IMG/VR virus record: IMGVR_UViG_3300025132_007876
DNA length: 64,000 nucleotides
Origin: an uncultured virus (IMG/VR IMGVR_UViG_3300025132_007876)
Lineage: Duplodnaviria; Heunggongvirae; Uroviricota; Caudoviricetes
Reading direction: 5' to 3' (one strand)
In this document: positions 27,054 through 37,023 of the stretch, in pieces
Layout of the letters: each line of letters starts with the position of its first letter
How positions within the stretch are numbered: the stretch's first letter is position 1
The notes under the pieces: generated by a model
The model's input: the letters and a program-made list of their open reading frames with translations, nothing else
Told to the model about the DNA's origin: nothing
Database searches by the model: none
Translations under genes and position numbers: made by a program

Positions 27054-27851
27054 ATGAATAAAAAGAACATTGTATTATTTGATATGGACGGAACCTTAAC
27101 AGAAGCAAGAGGTAATTTTAATACTGAACTCATGCTTGACTTAAGACAGCTTTCTAAATATGCTGATATTGGTATCCTGACTGGTAGTGATCTTGAATAT
27201 GTTAATGAGCAAATGAAAAAGTTAATAAGATTTTCAGAGCTAAGATTTGTTACCCATTTATTACCTTGTAACGGAACGAAACACTATGCACCACCGAATT
27301 CATCTCAAGAAGACTATAGACTGGTGCATACAAATGATATGTCTAAAGAATTGACTCAAGTCTGTCTTAGAGAAATATTTAAAATCATAACACAACACCA
27401 ACATGATGCTTGCTATCATGGTATTCCATTAACAGGTCACTTTGTTAATTACCGTGGTTCTATGATTAATTGGTGCCCAATTGGTAGAAATGCCACTCCC
27501 AAACAGAGAAAACAATTTGTCGAATATGACAAGGCAGAAGGGTTTAGAAAGAACTTCCTAACTAAACTACAGACTAAGATTGATCGACATTGTCCGGGCA
27601 AGGTAGAGGTAAAATTGGGTGGCGATACAAGTTTTGATATCTATCCAACCGGGTGGAACAAGACATATGCTTTAAGACATTTCCAAAATCAAACGGCTTG
27701 GTTCGTTGGAGATAGGTGTGAGCCGAGCGGTAATGATTATGAAATATACGAACAATTAGGAGAGCTTGGTCGTGCCTTTAAAACAACAGACCCTGTATAT
27801 ACAGGTGCTATTATTCGTGAAGAGCTTATCCCTAAACTTAAGCACCTGTAG
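27054..27851 (+). CDS. Eukaryote-type (HAD-IIB) phosphomannomutase
   Basis: LFDMDGTLT, GSDL, RGSMINWCPIGRNA, GGDTSFDIYPTGWNKTYAL, GDRCEPSGNDYEIY. Confidence 0.9.
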   Translation: MNKKNIVLFDMDGTLTEARGNFNTELMLDLRQLSKYADIGILTGSDLEYVNEQMKKLIRFSELRFVTHLLPCNGTKHYAPPNSSQEDYRLVHTNDMSKELTQVCLREIFKIITQHQHDACYHGIPLTGHFVNYRGSMINWCPIGRNATPKQRKQFVEYDKAEGFRKNFLTKLQTKIDRHCPGKVEVKLGGDTSFDIYPTGWNKTYALRHFQNQTAWFVGDRCEPSGNDYEIYEQLGELGRAFKTTDPVYTGAIIREELIPKLKHL

Positions 27852-27915
27852 CTCAACTGGATAGAGCATCGGCCTTCTAAGCCGAGGGTTTCAGGTTCGA
27901 GTCCTGACAGGTGTA
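27842..27915 (+). tRNA. tRNA-Arg(UCU), CCA not encoded
   Basis: Acceptor GCACCTG/CAGGTGT, D arm GCTC/GAGC, anticodon TCGGC-CTTCTAA-GCCGA, T arm TCAGG-TTCGAGT-CCTGA. Confidence 0.95.
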
Positions 27916-27944
27916 TTTTATAAAAGAAATCTAGTTAATGTGTT

Positions 27945-28268
27945 ATGAAAATTTTTTATTTAAGAAGAGAAGAAGACGAAAGCGGAGTTAGCGGTACTGG
28001 GAGGGTCGCTCAAGGATTTGTTTTTGATAATGGTAAAGTAGCCGTAACATGGCTCTCAGAACACCCATCTGTGACGATTTATGATAACATTGGCGAGGTA
28101 CATGCAATACACGGTCACGGCGGAAAAACAGTAGTCGAATTTGAGCCTGATTACAAGAGAGCCTGTAATGAACTAAAATCTTTTGTAGAAGGCTTCTCTC
28201 TTACTGATATTGCAAAAGATAAGCTACCAACTGAAGGTGCTGCGTCAAAACTGATTTTGAAAAACTAA
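27945..28268 (+). CDS. Conserved-looking hypothetical phage protein
   Basis: DESGVSGTGRVAQG...HGHGGKT. Confidence 0.8.
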   Translation: MKIFYLRREEDESGVSGTGRVAQGFVFDNGKVAVTWLSEHPSVTIYDNIGEVHAIHGHGGKTVVEFEPDYKRACNELKSFVEGFSLTDIAKDKLPTEGAASKLILKN

Positions 28269-28275
28269 TTGGTAT

Positions 28276-28767
28276 GTGAATGCAGATGACTATACAAGGC
28301 TTACTCTTAAATTGGATGCCGCTTGGCAACCACTACAGATAATAGATTCTTTTCGTGCATTTAATATGAGTTACACTAATAGATCAAGAACATTAATAAA
28401 GTATTCAGATGGTATGCCGGCTGTTATTGTCTTAAACAAGTATGTAAGAAGGTTCGGCTTTAGTTTAACTTGTAATAGAAAAAACGTATTTTGGCGAGAC
28501 GATTTTGTTTGTCAATATTGCGGCAATACTTTCCACCATAGTGAATTAACAATGGACCATGTGCATCCCAAGTCACGTGGTGGATTAAAAACTTGGGCCA
28601 ATATTGTGGCTTGCTGTAAAGGGTGTAATCTTAAGAAAAGAGATCGCACACCAAAGGAAGCAAGTATGCCCTTAATTAAAAAACCGCACGTTCCAAGAGT
28701 AAAAATGATTGACTTATATAGGAACGTGTTTATAAGAGAAGAGTGGAAAGACTTTATTAGGAGATAA
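28276..28767 (+). CDS. HNH endonuclease
   Basis: RDDFVCQYCG, TMDHVHPKSRGG, NIVACCKGCNLKK. Confidence 0.9.
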   Translation: MNADDYTRLTLKLDAAWQPLQIIDSFRAFNMSYTNRSRTLIKYSDGMPAVIVLNKYVRRFGFSLTCNRKNVFWRDDFVCQYCGNTFHHSELTMDHVHPKSRGGLKTWANIVACCKGCNLKKRDRTPKEASMPLIKKPHVPRVKMIDLYRNVFIREEWKDFIRR

Positions 28768-28768
28768 T

Positions 28769-29209
28769 ATGTATATACCCACTATTGCTGTGTCTGGTGG
28801 CTTTGACCCCATTCACAAAGGCCACGTTCAGATGATCCGAGAGGCTTCTGAATATGGTAATGTTATTATTATTCTTAATTCTGATGATTGGCTCATCAGA
28901 AAAAAAGGATATAAGTTTATGTCGTTTGAAGAGCGTGCATATATCGCTGGTAGTATTAAAGGCGTCACAGTAGTATCGAATGTGGATGATTCGGATGGTA
29001 GTGTATGTGAAGCCTTGAGAAGGTTAAAGCCTGATTATTTTGCTAATGGCGGCGACCGATATAATACAAACACACCAGAGATGGAAGTTTGTGAAGAACT
29101 TGGAATTAAATTATTATGGAATATTGGTGGTGGCAAGGTTCAATCCTCATCAGATTTAGTAACAAAAGTAAAATACGGAAAGGTGGTGATTGATGGCCAA
29201 GAACTTTGA
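28769..29209 (+). CDS. Cytidylyltransferase-like nucleotidyltransferase
   Basis: SGGFDPIHKGH (HxGH), NSDDWL.RKKG, NGGDR, SSS. Confidence 0.9.
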   Translation: MYIPTIAVSGGFDPIHKGHVQMIREASEYGNVIIILNSDDWLIRKKGYKFMSFEERAYIAGSIKGVTVVSNVDDSDGSVCEALRRLKPDYFANGGDRYNTNTPEMEVCEELGIKLLWNIGGGKVQSSSDLVTKVKYGKVVIDGQEL

Positions 29210-29447
29210 TTTAACTGCTCTAGAATTATTATTACAAAGATTAGAAAAAGATGGCACCGATGAAATGAAATCGGTTGTAAATGATTTAATTATGGCTGGA
29301 AAAAAGGCTGGCTCTTTAAACTTCTCCTTAGAGGAAGTGGCTAGTTTATGCACAATGGGCTTTATAGTTTCACAGGATCCTGAGTTGCAGTCATTTGTAA
29401 CTTATTTAATTACCAGACTTCAGAATGACGATGGTGTCTTTAATTAA
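29190..29447 (+). CDS. Hypothetical protein
   Basis: ORF in operon. Confidence 0.7.
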   Translation: MMAKNFDLTALELLLQRLEKDGTDEMKSVVNDLIMAGKKAGSLNFSLEEVASLCTMGFIVSQDPELQSFVTYLITRLQNDDGVFN

Positions 29448-29505
29448 AACCAAGTAAGGCAAAAGCTTCTCTTTTTTCTATTTATATTGTAAAAGAGGAA
29501 TTATT

Positions 29506-30006
29506 ATGTCAAATGATATGAAATTGATAATGGAGTCTTGGCGCCGAACACTTAATGAAGAAGAGCAACGAGACGATAGTCAAGTTTTTAGGACCGTCGG
29601 AGATGTTAGAAAGGCAATATCTGGTATTGTAAAATCGAAGAGAGGTCAAATCGCAAAAAAAGACTTAAAAACACTGGGTGTTGATACTTTAATTGGTGCC
29701 ATACCGGGTGCTGGTGCTGTTCTTGGTGTTGCTAAGGGGTTGGCCACGCTAGCACAAAAAGCTTATAAGTTAGACGATACACCACTACAGAATGTTGGAA
29801 TGGAAACAATGAACATCGATGCTATGCTTTCCATGATTCTCGATGATAGGGTGGAAAATGAGTTTCTTAATAAGTGGTCTCAATCCTTTGCCGGTATGGA
29901 TGATAGTGTTGAGTTGGATGATATAAGCGCCACTAAAGCTCTCCAGAAGTTTCTACAAGACGAATATTTCACACGCATATATAAAACACGAAAAGGAGAA
30001 GGGTAA
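29506..30006 (+). CDS. Tagged hypothetical protein
   Basis: MKLIMESWRRTLNE tag; IGAIPGAGAVLG hydrophobic segment; CTATTTA upstream. Confidence 0.8.
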   Translation: MSNDMKLIMESWRRTLNEEEQRDDSQVFRTVGDVRKAISGIVKSKRGQIAKKDLKTLGVDTLIGAIPGAGAVLGVAKGLATLAQKAYKLDDTPLQNVGMETMNIDAMLSMILDDRVENEFLNKWSQSFAGMDDSVELDDISATKALQKFLQDEYFTRIYKTRKGEG

Positions 30007-30338
30007 TGAAATTAACACAAGAGAGATTAAAAGAAATTATTTTAGAAGAGCTTAATAAATTGAGCGAAAACCCGGAGGCCGCCCAAGCAGGAACTCCCGC
30101 TCCTACTGACCCGGCAGGTGCTGGTGGTGAAAAATCAGATCCTACTAAATCTGTAGCCCAGCTTAAAAAAGATCTTCTTGATGCGTCAAAAAATGTACAG
30201 AATATCAAAGGCTTGGATCCAAAAGAGATTGAATTGATCAGTGCCACTTTGGGGTCTGTTCTTCAAGCAGCATCCGAAGGCAGTGCGGCTAATCTTTTAC
30301 AGAGGATACACGGTGTCATCCAGAAACAAATCAAATAA
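30006..30338 (+). CDS. Tagged hypothetical protein
   Basis: MKLTQERLKEIILEELNKLSE tag. Confidence 0.8.
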   Translation: MKLTQERLKEIILEELNKLSENPEAAQAGTPAPTDPAGAGGEKSDPTKSVAQLKKDLLDASKNVQNIKGLDPKEIELISATLGSVLQAASEGSAANLLQRIHGVIQKQIK

Positions 30339-33300
30339 ATTATCTGAAAGACAAACAGAGGAATCTGGCAATTGTCAAGCGATACAATCCGTATCGCTTG
30401 GTGATATAATCAGTCATGCAATTCGAATTAACAAGTTAATTAAATCCTTAGAAAAGACAGTTCAGAATTTTAATAATATTTATGATGCAGAAGCCGACAT
30501 AGAAGATGATAGGGCCCTTATAGAAGAATCTGATGATGACATTGAAAGACTTGCCGGTATAAATGAAACTGTTGGCAAGTTAAAAAGAACGTTATACCTC
30601 TTGGTATATATTAGAGATTCATTTAGTCTTGCTATAAAGAACAAAAAAAAGTTTCTCACCTCAACCCAAAGGGTAATAGGAAAACTTAAAACACTGGGCG
30701 ACATTGTTTTTGGACTTACGGAGGATACTGGAGGGGCAAGTGAAAACGCAGATAGACAAAAGCCCGCTGATATAGAATATATCTTAAATATTTATAGTAA
30801 TTTGGACAAAGCAGAACAATCATGCTTTTACCGAGCATTAGAAAGCACTAAAAGCAAAATTCCCCCAAAAATATTGGCCGGCTTTTTGGATTATCCGGGC
30901 CTAAGTGATGAAATAAAACAAACAAAAGCTTATCAGTTATTTAAAACAAAGCCACAGGATTTCCCATCAGTTTATCTTAAAACCCAAAAAATGGTGCACC
31001 AAATTGCGTTTAAGCTAAAGCAAAAAACACGTAAAGTTATAAAGGCTCAAGCTACAGTAAAAGAGAAACTTAAACAAGTTGATGTGCCTAGTTCATTATC
31101 AAAAGAAGAAGCAGAAGCCATTGCCTTTTTGGCTGGACTGGAAGAACAATCAAGAAAAAAAAATAATTTGCCTGAAGCCCTCGACGCAGGAGCAGGGCTT
31201 ACAAAAGAACTTCTAGAAAAACACAAATCTTCGTTGGGCGACAAAAGATATAAAATATTACTAGCCCTACTAAATAACAGAGACGCAGAAGAGCTTTATA
31301 AAAATGTTTCACCTACCGACAAGTCTGCATCCGACCAAGCTAAAGATAAAGAAAAGAGTCAAGATATAGAAATTAAAAGCCTTGAAAATATTGAGGCTCT
31401 TGACGGCTCGATTCTATCACCAGATGAAATGGAGCAAATCTTAGACTATCTTAACAATTCAGATGATAGGGGTAACTTTTTATTGAATTTTAAAGGCAAT
31501 ACTCCCGAAATTGCTTTGTTTATACCGAGTAGATCTAAGACGATGGCCCGGGACAAAAAACTCATAGCAATATATCCAAAGATAGCAGGCGCCGTCCAAC
31601 CTCATCCTCTTGCGTATGTTAGCCTAATGGACGGTGATGTTTTAAAAGTTAATAAGGGCTTTGTAACATTAAAAAAAGAACCAGAGACCAAAGAAGGGCC
31701 AAAACAGTATCCCGGAAGCGAGATTGACTTAATTGAAGAAGGGGACGAAGAGCTTTTATCCGGATTTTTTAATTACATCAAAAAAGTATTTCCTCCGCCT
31801 CCTGAACAGGCCAATGAAGCGCTTAGTTATCGTTACATACAAAGGAGAACCGATAAAGGTTTTCCCTTAAAAGCTTTTAAGGAAGAGGTAGAAGATTATT
31901 TTATCGATTTGCCTAGAGCGCAAAGAGTGCGTCTCAAAAAGATCTTGACCGATCAAGGTCCCGAAATATCTAAGTATGTTGTTGCGTTGTACAATAACAG
32001 GGGAAAACCAGCCCCAGAATCAGAAACTGAAGAAGAAGAAACAGAACAACCCGAAGAGAAAAAACCAAATCTCAACGAACCATATAGAAAGATCCTACCA
32101 GAAATTGAAAAGTTTCAAGAGGCCATTAATCAAGGCAAAGTAGCTTTTCACAGCAAATACATTATTAAAAAAATTACCAGAAACGATGAAGCCGAACAAA
32201 TTATGTTCGAATTCAAGGATACCAAAATTGATATAAAACTGAATGGTCTTGAAGTCGAAGAAAAAATTCAAGATGGTATACTTTATATCTTAGATAATAA
32301 TGAATACCAAACCAGAAAAAGAGCAGAAGAATTTTTTGATAAAATTAACCAAGGTGTACGCTCAGAAGATCCTAATGACAAATATTATTACAAAGGCAAA
32401 GAAATTGATGGCATTGTATATGTTAATAAATGGAATAAAGACCAGAGATATAGTATTCGTATCGAAAAAGAATACCAACCAGAAATGGATGATGTTGATT
32501 TTCTCACAAGGAAAGACAATGAGATAGCAAAAAAAGGAGAATCTCCTGATGCCTCGCCTCAACAAGATCGTAAAAAAGCTATTGAAAAAATCGAGGAAAT
32601 TAATAAAGATATAAAAAACAATATACCTTGGGTTTGGAAAGACGCTGGTGTGACTTTTGATATAGACAGAATTCAGTGGCTGGATAACCAATCATCGGTA
32701 AGCCTTTATTATGTAACAGAGACAGGCAAAGGCGGCAGAAGAATTGGTTATCCCGATTTTTTGAAAAACATTGAAGATGGAAAAATAACAAAAAAAGAAA
32801 AAACCGACCAACCACCAGAGCAAGAACCTCCCACTCCTGAAGAAACCCAACAAGATGCTGATGATGCCGCAGAAGCCGCTCGCAAAGCAGAGGAAGCCGC
32901 TAAAACTGAAGCTGATAAAAAAGCAGCAGAAGAAGCCGCAATAAAAGCTGCCGAAGCTAAAAGGAAAAAAGAAGAAGCGGAAGAGTTGGAAAAACAACGA
33001 AAAGCAGAAGAAGCAGAAAAGGCACGTTTAGAATCCGAAGCTGCCGCCAAAGCTGCCAAAGAAGAAGCAGCAAAGGTCATCCCCCTAAAACAACCAACCG
33101 AAAAAACAAGTGGTAAATTTAAGTTAAGACAAAAAGTCAAAGACACTGAGGGTTATGAGGCTCTTAAATCAAGTTGGGATAATCTCAATCCCGGCAAATC
33201 AAATGATTTTGAACTTGACTTGCAAGCATTTGTTGATTTCTTTGGTCTGTATGGATACCACCGTAAAGAAACAAATGAGAGTGTGAAGGATATTGAAAAA

Positions 33301-33618
33301 ATCGCCGATATTAATGGTTATATCCAAACAAATAAAGATAAACTTATTGGTGCATATAGGGGTGCAAATCTTGATGCGAAAAAGAAAGCTCAGATCGATA
33401 GGATTATGGGTGCAATCTTAAAAGGAAAAGATAAAAACCCAGAGTTGGTCAAGATAAAACTCGAAGATATCATTTATAATATTGTAAAAAATCCAGAGAA
33501 GACCAAAAAACAAGAACCTAAAGATACACAACAGAAAGCAGCCGAAAACATAGAAAGATTGTTATCCCCACTAGTTAGAGAAGTAGTGAGAAAAAAATGG
33601 CAAAAAAGAATTACGTAA
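30313..33618 (+). CDS. Large K/E-rich putative virion-internal protein (~1100 aa)
   Basis: Long ORF, start uncertain (GTG30313 has GAGG SD); AEK-rich helical linker. Confidence 0.75.
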   Translation: MSSRNKSNKLSERQTEESGNCQAIQSVSLGDIISHAIRINKLIKSLEKTVQNFNNIYDAEADIEDDRALIEESDDDIERLAGINETVGKLKRTLYLLVYIRDSFSLAIKNKKKFLTSTQRVIGKLKTLGDIVFGLTEDTGGASENADRQKPADIEYILNIYSNLDKAEQSCFYRALESTKSKIPPKILAGFLDYPGLSDEIKQTKAYQLFKTKPQDFPSVYLKTQKMVHQIAFKLKQKTRKVIKAQATVKEKLKQVDVPSSLSKEEAEAIAFLAGLEEQSRKKNNLPEALDAGAGLTKELLEKHKSSLGDKRYKILLALLNNRDAEELYKNVSPTDKSASDQAKDKEKSQDIEIKSLENIEALDGSILSPDEMEQILDYLNNSDDRGNFLLNFKGNTPEIALFIPSRSKTMARDKKLIAIYPKIAGAVQPHPLAYVSLMDGDVLKVNKGFVTLKKEPETKEGPKQYPGSEIDLIEEGDEELLSGFFNYIKKVFPPPPEQANEALSYRYIQRRTDKGFPLKAFKEEVEDYFIDLPRAQRVRLKKILTDQGPEISKYVVALYNNRGKPAPESETEEEETEQPEEKKPNLNEPYRKILPEIEKFQEAINQGKVAFHSKYIIKKITRNDEAEQIMFEFKDTKIDIKLNGLEVEEKIQDGILYILDNNEYQTRKRAEEFFDKINQGVRSEDPNDKYYYKGKEIDGIVYVNKWNKDQRYSIRIEKEYQPEMDDVDFLTRKDNEIAKKGESPDASPQQDRKKAIEKIEEINKDIKNNIPWVWKDAGVTFDIDRIQWLDNQSSVSLYYVTETGKGGRRIGYPDFLKNIEDGKITKKEKTDQPPEQEPPTPEETQQDADDAAEAARKAEEAAKTEADKKAAEEAAIKAAEAKRKKEEAEELEKQRKAEEAEKARLESEAAAKAAKEEAAKVIPLKQPTEKTSGKFKLRQKVKDTEGYEALKSSWDNLNPGKSNDFELDLQAFVDFFGLYGYHRKETNESVKDIEKIADINGYIQTNKDKLIGAYRGANLDAKKKAQIDRIMGAILKGKDKNPELVKIKLEDIIYNIVKNPEKTKKQEPKDTQQKAAENIERLLSPLVREVVRKKWQKRIT

Positions 33619-34925
33619 TCGATACTTCAGTGTTTCTTTCCAATGCGGATGCCCTATTCGCTTTTGAAAATAACGACATCTTTATTCCCTTGAAAGTCTT
33701 GGAAGAAGTTGATAAACACAAGAAAAGACAAGACGCAGTCGGGTTCCACGCAAGAAAAATAATTAAACATCTTGATGGTCTCCGAGAGAAGGGTTCTCTG
33801 GTTAAAGGTATCCGCCCTGAGAAGGGAATGGGCATTATTAAGGTTTGTGATCCAAGCCGGGATGCTTCGAATTTACCAGCATCGCTCGACAATACAGTTC
33901 CCGATCACATCATTCTTGCATCTGCTCTTCGTGTGCAATCTGAGTGGGAAAAGCGGAAGACTATTGTTGTGTCAAGAGACATCAACATGAGAGTTATTGC
34001 GAACTCTTTGGGACTAGAATCAGAAGATTATATTACGGCCCAAGCAGTTGATGATGCAGACAAACTCTACGATGGTTTTGAGGAAGTTTTGGTCGATGAC
34101 CAAATCATCGAGCAGTTCTATGCAGGTGAAGAAATTATTCTGGATGAAGAGCAGGCACTTGGCCTCTTTCCTAACCAGTTTCTTATGCTTTGTTCGTCCG
34201 CTAACCCTAAAAAAACTGCTCTTTGTTGCTATAAGGCACCCCACTTACCCCTCAAGCCAACAAAGCAAAAATACCCCAATATTAGCTGGGGAATAAAGCC
34301 ACGAAACAAAGAGCAAGCGTTTGCTTTTGATTTACTTTTTGATGATGATATTCCGCTCGTAACCTTGATAGGGAAGGCCGGCTCTGGAAAGACCTTGATG
34401 GCTATCGCCGCCGGCATGGAGCAGGCTCTTGGAATGGGACCAAAGAAATACAGCAGAATTATTATTTCCAGACCTGTGCAGCCTCTCGGGAAAGACATTG
34501 GATTCTTGCCGGGAACAATGGAAGAAAAGATGTTGCCTTGGCTAAAGCCCATCCAAGACAATCTCCAGATGGTCGTTGGACATGATAAGACCATGCTCCA
34601 ATCATTCATGGAGAAAGGAAAGCTTGAGGTGGAGGCCCTTACATATATTCGTGGCCGCTCGATTTCAAATGCCTTTGTTATCATTGATGAGGCGCAAAAC
34701 CTCACAGCACATGAAGTTAAAACCATTATTACAAGAATTGGAGACAACACCAAGATTGTTCTGACCGGTGACGTTGAACAAATAGATAACATTTATACAA
34801 ACGAAACATCAAATGGTCTGGCTTTTGCTGTTGAAAAGTTCAAGACCTATGACCTGTCTGGTCACATAACCTTTAAACGAGGAGAAAGGTCTAAATTAGC
34901 CACTTTAGCCGCTAAGATATTGTAG
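33597..34925 (+). CDS. phoH: PIN-domain PhoH-family ATPase
   Basis: VIDTSV PIN motif, VSRDINMR, GKAGSGKT, IGFLPG, YIRGRS, IDEAQN, GDVEQID. Confidence 0.92.
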   Translation: MAKKNYVIDTSVFLSNADALFAFENNDIFIPLKVLEEVDKHKKRQDAVGFHARKIIKHLDGLREKGSLVKGIRPEKGMGIIKVCDPSRDASNLPASLDNTVPDHIILASALRVQSEWEKRKTIVVSRDINMRVIANSLGLESEDYITAQAVDDADKLYDGFEEVLVDDQIIEQFYAGEEIILDEEQALGLFPNQFLMLCSSANPKKTALCCYKAPHLPLKPTKQKYPNISWGIKPRNKEQAFAFDLLFDDDIPLVTLIGKAGSGKTLMAIAAGMEQALGMGPKKYSRIIISRPVQPLGKDIGFLPGTMEEKMLPWLKPIQDNLQMVVGHDKTMLQSFMEKGKLEVEALTYIRGRSISNAFVIIDEAQNLTAHEVKTIITRIGDNTKIVLTGDVEQIDNIYTNETSNGLAFAVEKFKTYDLSGHITFKRGERSKLATLAAKIL

Positions 34926-34934
34926 GAGACCTTT

Positions 34935-35510
34935 ATGCTATTTCTGTTATTTTTTGCCCTGTTTTCAAGCGCTTACGCACAAGACATTATTATCTATGTC
35001 GATATTGAAAAACAAAACAAGATCCAGATGACAAGTCTGATTTCATCACACGCAAGGGTTCACAAACACAGTATTAATTCTCGACTAGCTTCTTATGAAG
35101 GTGTCAACTACAAGAAGAGAAATATTCGGATATATGACGAAACTAACATAAAGTTTTTGAACAAGAAGTGTGATTATACAAAGACTCCTCTAGAGTGTGG
35201 AATTAAAAACAAACACTGGACAATTACGACATCAATTTTCCGTGAAGAGATGCAGGCTGTGTTTATGCTTAACCTTCACGACGAAACTGGCAATATTATT
35301 AGCACAGCAACAGTACCAGTGTGGGGATATATTGAGTTTCTTCCGCAATGGAAACTAACACAAATTAAAGGCTCAAGCATGATGGGTGATTCGAGCCAAA
35401 CAATCCTTGAGCGATGGCCTGATAAGCGTGTCCGCCATCCACCCTATATTAGATCTAAAGACGTAACACAGGGAATCCTATCTTTGTTTCTTTCCTTTGA
35501 TATAAAATAA
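34935..35510 (+). CDS. Exported hypothetical protein
   Basis: Signal peptide MLFLLFFALFSSAYA. Confidence 0.75.
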   Translation: MLFLLFFALFSSAYAQDIIIYVDIEKQNKIQMTSLISSHARVHKHSINSRLASYEGVNYKKRNIRIYDETNIKFLNKKCDYTKTPLECGIKNKHWTITTSIFREEMQAVFMLNLHDETGNIISTATVPVWGYIEFLPQWKLTQIKGSSMMGDSSQTILERWPDKRVRHPPYIRSKDVTQGILSLFLSFDIK

Positions 35511-35512
35511 AT

Positions 35513-35541
35513 TTGACAAACCTGTTCATGTATGTTATAAT
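35513..35541 (+). promoter_or_regulatory. Consensus sigma70 promoter TTGACA-N17-TATAAT
   Basis: Perfect consensus with TGn. Confidence 0.85.
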
Positions 35542-35572
35542 ATATAATAGTATCGCTTAATGGAGACTATAT

Positions 35573-36244
35573 ATGAACTGGGTTGAAAAATCAATCACTG
35601 AATCTAAGAAACTTAGGACACACTATAGGATGAAAAATATTGACATCTATATCAAAGATATGTTACCTGAACATATCAACCCTGATCGTGTATTCAAGTT
35701 TATTTCAAAAAGAGTTCCAGCCCACCTAATGTCCCGTGTTGATATAATCTATGTTGGACAATTTGATATTTTCAAGGAAAAAGAAACAAACGCTGTATAT
35801 GATGACGGCGCCATTTACCTAACAAACGAGCAGGATAATGAAGATGATATGATTGATGATATTATACATGAGATTGCTCATTCAGTTGAAGAAAAATATT
35901 TTGATTTTATATACGGAGACCAAACTCTCAAAAAAGAATTTTTAGGAAAGAGACAAAGACTTTATTCAATACTTTCTGTAAATGAATATAAACCATATAA
36001 CAAAGTAAAGAACACATATCTATATGATCAACAGATAGACATGTACTTTTACAAAGAAGTTGGATATGATAGGATGTGGTACCTTATTAATGGATTATTT
36101 CTAAGCCCATATGCCGCAACATCATTAAGAGAATACTTCGCAGTCGGTTTCGAACAATATTATTTAAAAGACAGATCACAAATAAAAAAGGAGTGCCCAT
36201 TCTTATATAACAAATTAGCTGAAATAGAATTCCCGGAGGGATAA
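35573..36244 (+). CDS. Zinc-metallopeptidase-like protein
   Basis: HEIAH; YAATSLREYFA. Confidence 0.7.
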   Translation: MNWVEKSITESKKLRTHYRMKNIDIYIKDMLPEHINPDRVFKFISKRVPAHLMSRVDIIYVGQFDIFKEKETNAVYDDGAIYLTNEQDNEDDMIDDIIHEIAHSVEEKYFDFIYGDQTLKKEFLGKRQRLYSILSVNEYKPYNKVKNTYLYDQQIDMYFYKEVGYDRMWYLINGLFLSPYAATSLREYFAVGFEQYYLKDRSQIKKECPFLYNKLAEIEFPEG

Positions 36245-37023
36245 TGAAAGAACACATATCATACTCAGAATTAAAGATATGGGCAGAGTGTCCTTATAAA
36301 CACAAAGTTATTTACATCGATAAAAAGAAAGGATTTACAGGAAATGAATATACTGCTTTTGGTAGCACTATACATGCTTTATGTGAAAACGCTATACAAG
36401 GCCTCCTCGACTCAACAGACTATGACGACTTCTTTGATGAAAGTTTTGATAGAGAGTTGGGACAACTCGACGAGAACCACGAAAGAAGAGAAGATCTCAT
36501 CTCACAAATGCGAGACCAAGCAAGAGTAATTTCCCCTCAAATATTACCTGCGGTTGAAAAAAGTTTTGAAGATTATGAGGTGTTTTCCGTCGAAGAGAAA
36601 CTTTTTGAAAAAATAAATGATTTTTCCCTTGACAAATACAAGTTTAAAGGTTATATTGATTTAGTATTAAAAACTTCTGATGGGAAGTATCACGTTATCG
36701 ACTGGAAAACGTGCTCTTGGGGTTGGGATAGAGATAAAAGAAATAGCAAACTGATCACATACCAGCTTACACTATATAAAAAGTTCTTTTGTCAAAAACA
36801 CAATATTGACCCTAAACTTGTTGAAACACATTTCGCCCTCTTGAAAAGAACAGCAAAAAAAGATAATGTTGAAATATTCAGGGTTACATCAGGTCCGAGA
36901 AAAACTAGTAACGCTACTGATTTACTTCGCAAGGCCTTAAAAAGTATTGAAAATAAAATGTTTATTAAAAACAGATTGTCGTGCAAAGGCTGCGAATTTA
37001 GAAATACAAAATTGTGTCCATGA
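36244..37023 (+). CDS. PD-(D/E)XK (RecB/Cas4-like) exonuclease
   Basis: SYS...CPY, GYIDL, IDWKT, QL.LY, CKGCEFRNTKLC. Confidence 0.85.
   Translation: MKEHISYSELKIWAECPYKHKVIYIDKKKGFTGNEYTAFGSTIHALCENAIQGLLDSTDYDDFFDESFDRELGQLDENHERREDLISQMRDQARVISPQILPAVEKSFEDYEVFSVEEKLFEKINDFSLDKYKFKGYIDLVLKTSDGKYHVIDWKTCSWGWDRDKRNSKLITYQLTLYKKFFCQKHNIDPKLVETHFALLKRTAKKDNVEIFRVTSGPRKTSNATDLLRKALKSIENKMFIKNRLSCKGCEFRNTKLCP

Noticed and set aside
28276..28767. Intron-encoded homing endonuclease
   Set aside because: Free-standing between intact genes; no intron context seen
36244..37023. CRISPR-Cas locus around the Cas4-like gene
   Set aside because: No other cas genes or array; stand-alone nucleases of this type are common in phages
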